From Polyangiales bacterium (GTDB taxonomy: Bacteria; Myxococcota_A; Polyangia; Polyangiales; Ga0077539), in assembly GCA_044229975.1 (NCBI GenBank), contig JBGARZ010000012.1, positions 256,001 to 320,000 of the forward strand: a stretch of DNA of 64,000 nt. Reading direction: 5' to 3'. This document shows positions 28,798 to 38,028 of the stretch, piece after piece. The translations under genes were made by a program, and so were the position numbers. The notes below the pieces were generated by a model. It made no database searches. It saw only the letters and a list, made by a program, of their open reading frames with translations, and was not told the DNA's origin. Numbering within the stretch: position 1 is the stretch's first letter; each line of letters begins with the position of its first letter.

Positions 28798-29540
28798 GGG
28801 CGGTCGTACCCCGGGACGAGCGTCTTGAACCACCGGTCACAGTGCGGGAAGAAGCCAGCGAAGTTGCCGCGGATCTTCGCGTGGTGGGCATCATGGTGGC
28901 GCGCACCGTCACTGCCCGGGAAGAGCTTCGACGGCGTCCAGGGGAGCTCGTAGCCGCAGTGACCTTCGGCGGCCTCCCATTGGCGGAAGGCGATCCAGAC
29001 CCAGACGGTGACGATGTGGGCGCCGAAGAGCGCAGGGCCCGCGAGCATGAGCAGCCCCGTGGTCACGAACTCCACCGGGTGCATGTAGTGCCCGGTGATG
29101 GCCCACGGCGTGACGATGCGGTGGTGCACGCCGTGGATGTGCTTGAAGAGCCAGCGCGTGTGCATCGCACGGTGCACCCAGTAGTAGAGGAAGTCGTCGA
29201 GCGCGGCGAAGGCGAGCACCTGGAGGGCGATGATCCAGAGCGGCGGCAGCGGGCCAAGCTGCACACGCGACGGGCGAAGCCACGGCCACGCCGCGACGAT
29301 GACCGCGGCGAGCGCGGCGTTGTTGACGAGCCAGCGGGCGATGGAGGGGAGCACGAGGGTCTGCGCGCGCGGCCGACGGGACTGGAGGCGGAAGCGGCGC
29401 AGGGACGGCGGGTCGCGCCACGCGAGCACGGTGAGGGGCGTCGCGAAGAGGAGGAAGGCGCCGACGCTCACGAGCTGACCACCGACGGCGAGGGAGCGGA
29501 AGAGTGGGTCTTGCCAGAGCCCGTTCCACGGGGTGCTCAT
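28794..29540 (-). CDS. Sterol desaturase/fatty-acid hydroxylase family
   Basis: His boxes YWVHRAMH, IHGVHH, HCGY and HHDAHH. Confidence 0.9.
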   Translation of the reverse strand: MSTPWNGLWQDPLFRSLAVGGQLVSVGAFLLFATPLTVLAWRDPPSLRRFRLQSRRPRAQTLVLPSIARWLVNNAALAAVIVAAWPWLRPSRVQLGPLPPLWIIALQVLAFAALDDFLYYWVHRAMHTRWLFKHIHGVHHRIVTPWAITGHYMHPVEFVTTGLLMLAGPALFGAHIVTVWVWIAFRQWEAAEGHCGYELPWTPSKLFPGSDGARHHDAHHAKIRGNFAGFFPHCDRWFKTLVPGYDRP

Positions 29541-29668
29541 CGCGGCGGAGGATAGTGGATGTGGGCGATGGGGTGGTCTGTGAGAAATCTCATCGCCCTG
29601 TCGATCTCGACCAACGTCGATCGTCGTCCGGGTGGGCCATGACGGTCCCGCCGAAGGAAACACCTCCC

Positions 29669-30097
29669 ATGCGATTCATCATCACCGCCACCACCGACCC
29701 CAACGCCCCGAAGGCCGAAGCCCACCACGACCCGGCGCTCTTCGCCGCGTACATGAAGTTCAACGAGGAGATGCACCGCGCCGGCGTCCTCATCGCCTCC
29801 GAGGGGCTCAACCCGGCGCACAAGGGCGCGCGCATCGGCGTCGTCAACGGCAGGCGCGTCGTGCTCGACGGCCCCTTCACCGAGACCAAGGAGCTCGTCG
29901 GCGGCTTCTATCTCATCCAGGTCGCCTCCCTCGACGAGGCCATCTCCTGGGCACTGCGCTGCCCCACTGGCTCCGGCATCGACGACCTCCTCGCCATCCA
30001 CGCCATGACCGACGAGGGAGACCTCCCGCCCGAGGTGCTTGCGACCATCCGCGAGCTCGCCCCGTCGTGGAGCGCGACCTGGTCGAAGCCCCGCTGA
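29669..30097 (+). CDS. YciI family protein
   Basis: EGL.P, VLDGPFTETKELVGGFY; AAGGA RBS. Confidence 0.9.
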   Translation: MRFIITATTDPNAPKAEAHHDPALFAAYMKFNEEMHRAGVLIASEGLNPAHKGARIGVVNGRRVVLDGPFTETKELVGGFYLIQVASLDEAISWALRCPTGSGIDDLLAIHAMTDEGDLPPEVLATIRELAPSWSATWSKPR

Positions 30098-30170
30098 CCC
30101 GGCGGGTCGGAGCTCACCGGGCGCGCTTGTGTGCGCCACCCCCGATCGCATCTACACTGCGCGCCGCGCG

Positions 30171-31325
30171 ATGGCCGGCACACGCCCCACCCGACCCCAG
30201 GACCCCATCGCCCGCGGCATTGGGGCCGTCGTCGCGGGGCGTTTTCGCCTCGACGCCCCGCTGGGCCACGGGGGCATGGGCGTCGTGTGGAGCGCGACGC
30301 AGCTCGTGCTCGACCGCCCCGTCGCCCTGAAGCTCGTGCGCCCCGAAGACCTCGGCGACCCCGCCCGGCGCGACGCCCTGCTCGACGAGGCCCGTGCCGC
30401 CGCGAAGGTCTCCCACCCCCACCTCGCGGCCGTCTTCGACGCGGGCCTCGACGACGACGGGAGCGCCTTCTTCGCGATGGAACGCCTCGACGGAGAAGAC
30501 CTGCGCGCCCTGCTCGCGCGCCGCGGACGACTGCGCCCCGACGAGGCCCTCGACCTGCTGCTCCCGGCGCTCGACGCGCTCGCCGCGGTGCACGCCGCCG
30601 GGCTCGTGCACCGCGACGTCAAGCCCGAGAACCTCCACGTCACGCACGCACCCTCCGGCGCGTCGCGCTGCGCCCTCGTCGACTTCGGCATCGCCAGCGC
30701 CGTCGACCGCGACGACGACGACGCCACCGGAACCCTCGCCTACCTCGCGCCCGAGCGCCTCCGCGGTGGCGCGGCGGCGAGCCCCGGCGACGACCTCTGG
30801 TCCTTCGCGGTGGTGCTCTACGAGGCCCTCGCCGGGAGGGCTCCCTTCGTCGGGGCACATCGTCAGGCCCTCACCGACGCCATCGAGCGCGGCGCTTTTC
30901 CTCCGCTGCGCGACCTCGCCCCGACGGTTCCGCCCGCGCTCGCGACGCTCGTGCACCGGGCGCTCGCGCGAGACCCCTCGCAGCGTCCCGCGTCGGCCCG
31001 CACGCTCCACGACGAGCTCGCCGGTCTCCGCGCCCGCCCCTCGCGGCGGCGCCTCGCGGCCCTCGCGGCCTTCGCGCTCGCAGCGCCCGCGGTGTGGTTT
31101 CTGCGGCCCGTACGCGAGCCCGCCTTGCCTCGGACGACGAGCGCGGTGCCGACGATCGTCCCCGTCGAAGCGACCTCGACCGCGACCTCGGACGTACCCG
31201 CTCCCGCCGCGCCGCTGCGCCCCGTGACGGTGGCTCCGCGACGCCCCACCGGACGCGCGGCTCCGACCCCCGCCGAACGCCCATGGTTGCAGCCGCTGCC
31301 GGGCAAGCTCCGGGGGACGCCGTGA
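30171..31325 (+). CDS. Membrane-anchored Ser/Thr protein kinase
   Basis: GHGGMG.V, VALK, HRDVKPEN, DFG and GTLAYLAPE, followed by a TM segment. Confidence 0.92.
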   Translation: MAGTRPTRPQDPIARGIGAVVAGRFRLDAPLGHGGMGVVWSATQLVLDRPVALKLVRPEDLGDPARRDALLDEARAAAKVSHPHLAAVFDAGLDDDGSAFFAMERLDGEDLRALLARRGRLRPDEALDLLLPALDALAAVHAAGLVHRDVKPENLHVTHAPSGASRCALVDFGIASAVDRDDDDATGTLAYLAPERLRGGAAASPGDDLWSFAVVLYEALAGRAPFVGAHRQALTDAIERGAFPPLRDLAPTVPPALATLVHRALARDPSQRPASARTLHDELAGLRARPSRRRLAALAAFALAAPAVWFLRPVREPALPRTTSAVPTIVPVEATSTATSDVPAPAAPLRPVTVAPRRPTGRAAPTPAERPWLQPLPGKLRGTP

Positions 31326-32269
31326 CCTCCTCGCGGCGCGTTGCGGCCTGCTTCGTCGCGCTCGTCCTCGCCGGGTCGTCGGCCCGCGCGCAGGAGGCAC
31401 CGCCCTCGCCCGCGGCGCTCCAGGGGCTCTTCGACCGCGCGGTGGAGCTCAGCCGCGCCGAGCGCCACGACGAGGCCATCGCCCTCTACGAGCAGGTGCT
31501 GCGCCACGACGACGAGCCCCGCGTGCGGCGCAACCTCGCCCTCGCCTACCGCGCCCGCGGCCGCGACGTGGAGGCCGTCGAGCAGCTCGATCGCTACCTC
31601 GCCGCACCGCTCCCGGAAGACCGCGACCACCTGCGTGAGCTGCACACCCTGCTGGACGACCTGCGCGCCCGCCTCGCGTCGGTAACGGTGCGGGTCACCC
31701 CCGCCGACGCCGAGCTACGCGTCGACGGCAGAGCCCGCCCGGGCGCGCGTGAGCTCTCCCTCACCGCGGGCCCCCACACGCTCGAACTCACCCGTCCCGG
31801 TCACCGCTCCCTGCGCCGCGAGCTCGACCTGCGCCCCGGTCAGCGCGCGGAGCTCGACGTCACGCTCGAAGCGCTCCCCGCCCTGGCGTCTCTGCGCGTG
31901 GTGCCGACACCAGAGCAGGCGTCCATCGCCGTCGATGGACACCACCGCGGCACCGGCGTCGTGGCGTTGGAGCTCACCCCCGGCGCGCACCTCGTGGAGG
32001 CCAGCGCGCCGTCGCACGAGGGCGCTCGACGCGCAGTGACCCTGGGGCCGGGGCAGACGCTGCTGCTCGATCTCAGGCTCGCGCGAATTGCCGAGCCGAC
32101 GCCCGCGCGACCGCGTTGGGCGATGCCCGTGGCGATCGCCTCCTCGGTGGTCGTCGTCGCGGGCGTCGTCGCCGCGGTGCTCGCGCTCACCCTCGACCGC
32201 GAGGAGCCCGCGCCTACGCGAGACCCCGCGAGCCTCGCCCCCGATTGGGGCACCTTCCGTATGCCGTGA
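31322..32269 (+). CDS. TPR plus two PEGA-domain protein
   Basis: Signal peptide, TPR-like helices, two P..A...VDG....GPH PEGA repeats and a C-terminal TM; GTGA overlap with the kinase. Confidence 0.82.
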   Translation: MTSSRRVAACFVALVLAGSSARAQEAPPSPAALQGLFDRAVELSRAERHDEAIALYEQVLRHDDEPRVRRNLALAYRARGRDVEAVEQLDRYLAAPLPEDRDHLRELHTLLDDLRARLASVTVRVTPADAELRVDGRARPGARELSLTAGPHTLELTRPGHRSLRRELDLRPGQRAELDVTLEALPALASLRVVPTPEQASIAVDGHHRGTGVVALELTPGAHLVEASAPSHEGARRAVTLGPGQTLLLDLRLARIAEPTPARPRWAMPVAIASSVVVVAGVVAAVLALTLDREEPAPTRDPASLAPDWGTFRMP

Positions 32270-32306
32270 ACCAGTACCATCCCACAGGGGACTCCAAGGG
32301 CTGATG

Positions 32307-32502
32307 GGCAAGCACCCACTCAGGTCAGCCCAACGCCCCTCGGCGTCGCGAAGCGACGGGGCGACCGCTCACCTCTCGGTCACCGTCCGAACGCCGGACG
32401 TCGCACGCGCCTGAACGGAGCCCCGAGTGACTGGAATGTCCGCGTCTCCCCGTCGCTTCGCGACGGTGAGGGGCGTTGGGTTGACGTGAGTGGATGCTTG
32501 CC
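32307..32502. repeat. 59-bp imperfect inverted repeat between convergent genes
   Basis: 32307-32365 vs 32444-32502 (about 6 mismatches); weaker outer extension CCAC.GGGGACT / AGTCCCC.GTGG. Confidence 0.85.
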
Positions 32503-32547
32503 GACCCACTCCTCAAGTCCCCGGTGGAGAGGTTTGAGAGTCGGGGT

Positions 32548-34356
32548 CTACCAGCGCACGCGCGTCGGCGTGCACGATCGCGCAGCAGCGGTCCCGTCGC
32601 CGAGCTGCCCGAGGTCGTTGGCGCCCCAGCACCACACCTCGGCGTCGCCGCGCAGGGCGCACGCGAAGGCCGATCCGGTGACCACCTGACGGACGTCGGT
32701 GAGACCCGCCACGCGCGAGGGCGATCGCACCCGATCGGTCGACGCGACCTCGACGCCCGTCTGGCACTGCTCGGACATCCCCCAGCACGCGACGGTGTTG
32801 CCTTCCTCCAGCGCGCACGCGAAGCCGAACCCGACGCTCACGTCCGCCGCACGGAGGCTCGCGATGGGCGTACCGGGCGCCGCGCGATCGACCCCGGCGG
32901 GATCACCCGTGCCGAGCAGGCCACCCTCACCCCAGCAGCGTACGGCGTGGGTTCCGCGCTCCAGAGCGCAGGTGAGGCCGTGGTTGATGTTGCCAGCGGT
33001 CACGATGCGGTCCACCGCCGGGAGACCAGCGATCGCCGTCGGGGTGGTGCGGCAGAGCGTGGACCCCGGGCACGCCATGGAGGCCCCCGACGCCTGCCCG
33101 AAGCGGTTGGCGCCCCAGCAGTACGCACCGCCGGCAGCGGTCCACGCGCAGACGTTCTGGTAGCCCGCCGCGAGGCCCGCGACGCCGCTCCCGAGGCCGC
33201 CGACCGTCACCGGTGCGTCGCGGTCCGTCGTGGTCCCGTCGCCGAGGGTGCCCGCGCGGTTCTCGCCGACGCAGCGCACCGCGCCGTCGCGCTGGAGCGC
33301 GCAGGCGAAGCGCAACCCGACCGCCAGCGACTGCACACCGGTGAAGCCCGCGACGCCGGGGAGCTCGACGCCCGTGCAGCGCATCGCGCCGTCGTTCAAG
33401 ACACAGGTACCGTTGGTGCCGAGGCTCACATCGTCCGTGAACCCGAAGGACGACGCCCTCACCGGGCGCGACACCCGATCGGTGCCTGTGGCGACCCCGA
33501 GGTTTCCCGCGACGCTCGACCCCCAGCAGCGGAGCGTTCCGTCGCTCATGCGCGCGCAGACGCTCCCGGCTCCGGCCGACAGCGAAAAGATTCGCACCGG
33601 TGCGCACGGCCCCGGGAAGCAGCCTTCGAGCATGCCGCAGCGGCGGTCGCAGGCCCCGCAGTGGCGCACGTCCCTGATGAGGTCGGTGCAGACCCCGTCG
33701 CCCTCGCAGGCCGTGCAGCCGTCGACGGCGTCCGCGACGTCGCGCACGTCGGGCACGTCGGCAGGGGCGTCTCGGGCGTCGTCGTTCGCGTCGCGCGGGA
33801 CGTCGACGGCGGCGTCACGGGTCGTCGCACCGGCGTCGGGGTCGAGGTCCGTGTAGCCGCCCTCGGGGAGTGCCGCGTAGTCGAGCAGCGGGCGCCGCAG
33901 GATGGGCTGCGCGCAGGTTCCGTCGCCGCCGCAGGTGGCACCCGCCGGACAGGACGGAACGCCCACACACCGCGCGTTGAGGTCGAAGACCGCCAGCAGC
34001 GTTCGCCCCTCGATGAACTCCACGGTGCCGAGCTGCGTGAAGGTGGCCCCGCTCTCCAGCTCGGCGACCACCTGGATGTTCACCGGCGCCGCCGTGCCAG
34101 GCCGCGCCGGGTGCACGGCGAACTCCCCCGGAAACGAGCTGCGCCCGGGCCCGAGGAAGCAGCGCTCCCCCTCGCCGAAGGGCCGCGGCGCGCCCGGTGT
34201 CTGCAACGTCCACCGCACGCAGCGCAGGCGCGGCGGGCGGTTGGCGTCCGTCGACTGCACGCGGACCACGATGACCGTGGGGCTCGTCGCCACGGACGTC
34301 TCGAAGAGCTTGCACGACGCACACGCGAGCGCGAGGCAGAGGACGCCGCGCCTCAC
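32548..34356 (-). CDS. RCC1-repeat secreted/lipoprotein
   Basis: Repeated FACAL...V.CWG.N..GQLG units; Cys-rich HCGAC module. Confidence 0.85.
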   Translation of the reverse strand: MRRGVLCLALACASCKLFETSVATSPTVIVVRVQSTDANRPPRLRCVRWTLQTPGAPRPFGEGERCFLGPGRSSFPGEFAVHPARPGTAAPVNIQVVAELESGATFTQLGTVEFIEGRTLLAVFDLNARCVGVPSCPAGATCGGDGTCAQPILRRPLLDYAALPEGGYTDLDPDAGATTRDAAVDVPRDANDDARDAPADVPDVRDVADAVDGCTACEGDGVCTDLIRDVRHCGACDRRCGMLEGCFPGPCAPVRIFSLSAGAGSVCARMSDGTLRCWGSSVAGNLGVATGTDRVSRPVRASSFGFTDDVSLGTNGTCVLNDGAMRCTGVELPGVAGFTGVQSLAVGLRFACALQRDGAVRCVGENRAGTLGDGTTTDRDAPVTVGGLGSGVAGLAAGYQNVCAWTAAGGAYCWGANRFGQASGASMACPGSTLCRTTPTAIAGLPAVDRIVTAGNINHGLTCALERGTHAVRCWGEGGLLGTGDPAGVDRAAPGTPIASLRAADVSVGFGFACALEEGNTVACWGMSEQCQTGVEVASTDRVRSPSRVAGLTDVRQVVTGSAFACALRGDAEVWCWGANDLGQLGDGTAAARSCTPTRVRW

Positions 34357-36062
34357 AGCGGCACCTCCACCCGCGCCGGTGCGCAGTCGTCCGCGGCGCG
34401 CGAACGCCCGTCACCGAGCTGCCCCTGCGCCCCTTCGCCCCAACAGCGCACCTCGCGCTCGCCAGTGATCGCACACGCATGCGCGGCGCCCACGGCGAGC
34501 ACCCGCGCGCCGGAGACCGGCACGTCCACGGGTCGATCGGCGGTGGCTCCGACGGCGCGACCGAGTCGGCAGCGGTCGGCGGCGCCCCAGCAGCGCACGG
34601 CACCGTCGCGGGTGAGCGCGCAGGCGTAGCGCTCGCCGACCTGCACGTCGGTCGCAAGCGTTCCCTCGATGGCGGCCCCCGGCGCGACGACCTCCGCAGA
34701 CGACCCGCCCGGTCCGAGGCCCACGTAGGACCGCGTCCCCCAGCAGCGCACGGCGCCCGCGCGATCGACGGCGCACCCGAGGCCCCACGGGTCTCCCACA
34801 GCGCTCGCCCTCGCATCGACGCGCAGCACGTCCGCGAGACCCGGCAAGGTCTCGGCGCGCCCGCGGCACCGTGTCGGTGAGCAGCTCAGGAGCGTGGCGT
34901 CGGTCTCGTCGACCCCGAGCACGCCGCCGATCGACAAGCCCCAGCACGCGACGCGCCCGTCGGTCACCGCGCAGGAGACGTCCCCGTGCGCCGACACCTG
35001 CTGCGCCGTTGCGAGGCCCTCGACCGTCGCGAGGGACTGCGGGCTCTCGGTGAGCGCCTCGCCAGACTGCCCGTGGAGGTTGTCCCCGGCGCAGCGCACC
35101 GCGCCGTCGTCGAGCAGCGCGCACGCGTGGGCCCGCCCCACGGTCACCGCCGTCGCCCCGCGCAGCCGCTGCCACGACGCGGGAATCGATCGCGACGGCC
35201 GGCACAGCACGCTCCCGTCGACGCGCGCCGCGCACACGAACGACGACAGCGCCAGCGAGCGCGTCCCATCGAGCTCGGTGACCCGCTCAGGCGAGGGCAC
35301 CGCGCGCCCGTCGGCGGAGGCAGACCAGACGTCCGCGCCCCAGCACCAGACCTTCCCCTCGCGCGACCACGCGCAGGTGCTCGCGGCCCCCGCGGCGAGG
35401 CCCACCAGTCGATCGCAGGCGGCGCCCACGCACCCCGCGTCGGTCGTACGGGTGGCTGCGTCCGTCGCGTCCGCGCCCTCCGTCGTCGCGTCGACGCTCG
35501 CGTCCGATGGGGTCGACGCGTCGAAGGGAGGCGGCGTGCGCGTGGGGTCGGTGTAGTCGGGAAGGGGGTCGCGGCGAATCGGAACGCAGCGCCCACCGGC
35601 CCCGCAGGTCTGGTCCGTGGGGCACGGCGCGCGACCCACGCAGCCGCCGAAGAGGTCCATCAGCAGCAGGGTGGTGGCGCCGCGGCGGAAGTGGACCTCG
35701 GCGATCTGCACCACGGGCTCGGCGCCTTCGCGCTCGCCGATGACGCGCACGAGCTGTGAGGCGTCGAGCGAGAGTGGGCCCGGCAGCAGCCAGAGGTTGG
35801 TCGGGGCCAGCGGGCGCTCGCCCTCGCCGAGGGTTCTCCCTTCGCGAAGCCACGGGCGATCCGCGTCGCCCGAGGTGACCTCCACGCGCACGCCGGTGAG
35901 GCTCTCGGCGGTGGCTCCGTCGGTGGCCTGGATGCGCACCACGATGCGCGTGCCGGGCGGGACCGTGAGCTCGGTGGTGGAGTCGCACGCGGCCGCGACG
36001 AGCAGCGCGAGCGTCGGGAGGCGCCACGCGCCCGGGGGTCTCGTCGTCGGGTGTCCGCCCAT
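34353..36062 (-). CDS. RCC1-repeat lipoprotein
   Basis: VAAAC lipobox; HACAL..G.VRCWG..GQLGDG repeats; overlaps the next gene. Confidence 0.85.
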   Translation of the reverse strand: MGGHPTTRPPGAWRLPTLALLVAAACDSTTELTVPPGTRIVVRIQATDGATAESLTGVRVEVTSGDADRPWLREGRTLGEGERPLAPTNLWLLPGPLSLDASQLVRVIGEREGAEPVVQIAEVHFRRGATTLLLMDLFGGCVGRAPCPTDQTCGAGGRCVPIRRDPLPDYTDPTRTPPPFDASTPSDASVDATTEGADATDAATRTTDAGCVGAACDRLVGLAAGAASTCAWSREGKVWCWGADVWSASADGRAVPSPERVTELDGTRSLALSSFVCAARVDGSVLCRPSRSIPASWQRLRGATAVTVGRAHACALLDDGAVRCAGDNLHGQSGEALTESPQSLATVEGLATAQQVSAHGDVSCAVTDGRVACWGLSIGGVLGVDETDATLLSCSPTRCRGRAETLPGLADVLRVDARASAVGDPWGLGCAVDRAGAVRCWGTRSYVGLGPGGSSAEVVAPGAAIEGTLATDVQVGERYACALTRDGAVRCWGAADRCRLGRAVGATADRPVDVPVSGARVLAVGAAHACAITGEREVRCWGEGAQGQLGDGRSRAADDCAPARVEVPL

Positions 36063-36113
36063 CGCGGCGCGACGATGCGTGCGAGGCCCCCGGAGCGTCA
36101 ACACGGGATGTTC

Positions 36114-37847
36114 TCAGCGGGCGGCGGTCGGCACGAAGCCTTCGAGGCGGTAGATGGTGTAGCCGTCGCGGGTGGTTCCGTTGGTGATGCGCTCACCCGA
36201 CCAGCGCACGCTGCTCACCGGGATGGACCAACCCGGGTCCGTCGTCGCGAAGTTGTCGCCTCGCCCGGGGTGGAACCACGAGTACAGCGGCACGGTGTTG
36301 GCCGGCTGCGGACGCCGCGGGTCGTAGACGTACCCTTCGAGGCGGTACTGCGTGTAGCCGTCCTGGGTCATGCCGCCGACGATGTGCTCGCCGTTCCAGG
36401 TGACGGTGGCGGGGTTGGTCGACCAGCGCGGATCGGTACTGACGAAGTTGTCCTCGCGCGCGCCGCTGTGCCAGCTCCACAGCGGGAGCGTTCCTGCGGG
36501 CTGCGCCTGCCGCGGCGGAAAGACGTAGCCCTCCAGGCGGAACATCCGCGCGTCGGCCTCCTGCTCACGCGGCGGGTCGAGCCGCACGCCGCTGACGTCG
36601 GGCGCGACGCCGCGCGGGTCGGAGGTCCAGCGCGGGTCGGACGTGAAGAAGTTGTCCCCGCGCGACGGGCTGAACCAGTTGTAGACCGGCAGGCGATCGC
36701 TGGCCGCACGCGACTCGGCGTAGAGCACGTTGTTGAGCCACTCGCCGATGGGCGCCGCGGCGCGACGATCGACGCCCGCCGGGTCGTACGGGAAGGTCAA
36801 CAGCGAGCCCGCGCGCCGGAGGTTGATCCCCGTGAGGGTGTAGCGACCGCCGCCCGCTTCGGTTCCCTGGCAGATGCCCGCGACGTAGTTGCGCAGCACG
36901 CCGTCCGCCCCGCGCCGCTGCATGAACAGCGGGCTCCCGGAGTCGCCGCCCTCGACCGTCGACCCACCGGCGCCAGCCACGCGGAGCATCACGAGGTCCA
37001 TGCGAAGCGGGTACTCGCCGTAGCTCATGCCCACCGCGCGACGCGTGGGGTTGGCGGGCGAGAAGCCCACGGCGCGGTAGGTCTGCGTCGAGAGGAAGGC
37101 GCGCACCTCGGCCTCGGAGTCGAAGAGGTGCGACAGCACCGGCATGGGCGTGGCGGTGGTGGCGGCGACCGGCGCGTCGAGCTCCATGATCGCGATGTCC
37201 GCGTAGCCCGGGATGCTGTACCGCGAGGAGGTCGCCGTCCCGATGGGCGAGGCGTGCGACGGGCCGAAGTTCACGCGAAACTTCGGCTCCTTGAAGAAGC
37301 ACCGCTGCGTCGAGGCCTGCCACGTCCACGCGCCGCAGCGGGTCACGCCTTCACAGGCCGCCTGACAGGCGGCCGCCGTCGCGAGGGTGGCCGTGGTGTA
37401 GTTGAAGTCCGTGATGATGCGGTCGGCGTAGCGGATCGCGTTGCCCTTGTAGCCAGAGGTCCAGCCGGGGTTGGGGGTCGCGTTGGGCATGTTGTACGTG
37501 CGCCACGTCGGCGTGCGGCTGTCCCACAGGCCCGAGTCGCCGGGGATGTTGGTGCCGTTGAGGCAGTGACCCGCGGTGAGCACGAGCCGAGGGCTCACCA
37601 GCACGCCGGTGCAGTGCGTTGCGCCGGGGTTCGAGCCGATGCTCACCACGGCGTTGTTGGGCAGCGCCGACGGGTCGGATGCGGCGCCTGTGAGCTCGCC
37701 GACCTGCGTGTCCATCTCCTCCTCCCATTGCCCGTCGACGGGCGCGCACGAGGCGCCGATCGCAGTGAGGGTGATCGCCGCCATCGCCCGCAAGGGGCGC
37801 CGCGCGCGGAGTGGGTTGTGGCCGGTCGAACGCTTCGTCGTCTTCAT
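36114..37847 (-). CDS. Trypsin-like S1 serine protease lipoprotein with PAN/apple insert and C-terminal repeats (DUF5648-like)
   Basis: CTGVLVSPRLVLTAGHC, DIAIM and GDSGSP; ACQAAC....CGAWTW....CFFK; three PLY.W....R.DNF...RLEG repeats. Confidence 0.85.
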   Translation of the reverse strand: MKTTKRSTGHNPLRARRPLRAMAAITLTAIGASCAPVDGQWEEEMDTQVGELTGAASDPSALPNNAVVSIGSNPGATHCTGVLVSPRLVLTAGHCLNGTNIPGDSGLWDSRTPTWRTYNMPNATPNPGWTSGYKGNAIRYADRIITDFNYTTATLATAAACQAACEGVTRCGAWTWQASTQRCFFKEPKFRVNFGPSHASPIGTATSSRYSIPGYADIAIMELDAPVAATTATPMPVLSHLFDSEAEVRAFLSTQTYRAVGFSPANPTRRAVGMSYGEYPLRMDLVMLRVAGAGGSTVEGGDSGSPLFMQRRGADGVLRNYVAGICQGTEAGGGRYTLTGINLRRAGSLLTFPYDPAGVDRRAAAPIGEWLNNVLYAESRAASDRLPVYNWFSPSRGDNFFTSDPRWTSDPRGVAPDVSGVRLDPPREQEADARMFRLEGYVFPPRQAQPAGTLPLWSWHSGAREDNFVSTDPRWSTNPATVTWNGEHIVGGMTQDGYTQYRLEGYVYDPRRPQPANTVPLYSWFHPGRGDNFATTDPGWSIPVSSVRWSGERITNGTTRDGYTIYRLEGFVPTAAR

Positions 37848-37907
37848 CGGTTGCTCTGCTCCATTGGGCGGGACGCTTCGTGGCCCCGCCGATGGAGCAC
37901 CCTCTTC

Positions 37908-37922
37908 GCAGGGTGCGTGCCA
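37908..37922 (-). promoter_or_regulatory. Sigma54 (-24/-12) promoter for the protease gene
   Basis: Minus strand TGGCACGCACCCTGC (GG-N10-GC), about 60 bp upstream of the ATG, next to a divergent enhancer-binding protein gene. Confidence 0.7.
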
Positions 37923-38028
37923 CGCGCATCTCCCAGGTTTTCTCGCTGGAGAGGGCCGCCGGTCGGGGAGCAGGATCGCCGTCGGGGATTGCGATCCCCG
38001 CGACGGGGCGTGTGATAGGGAGCGAGCG

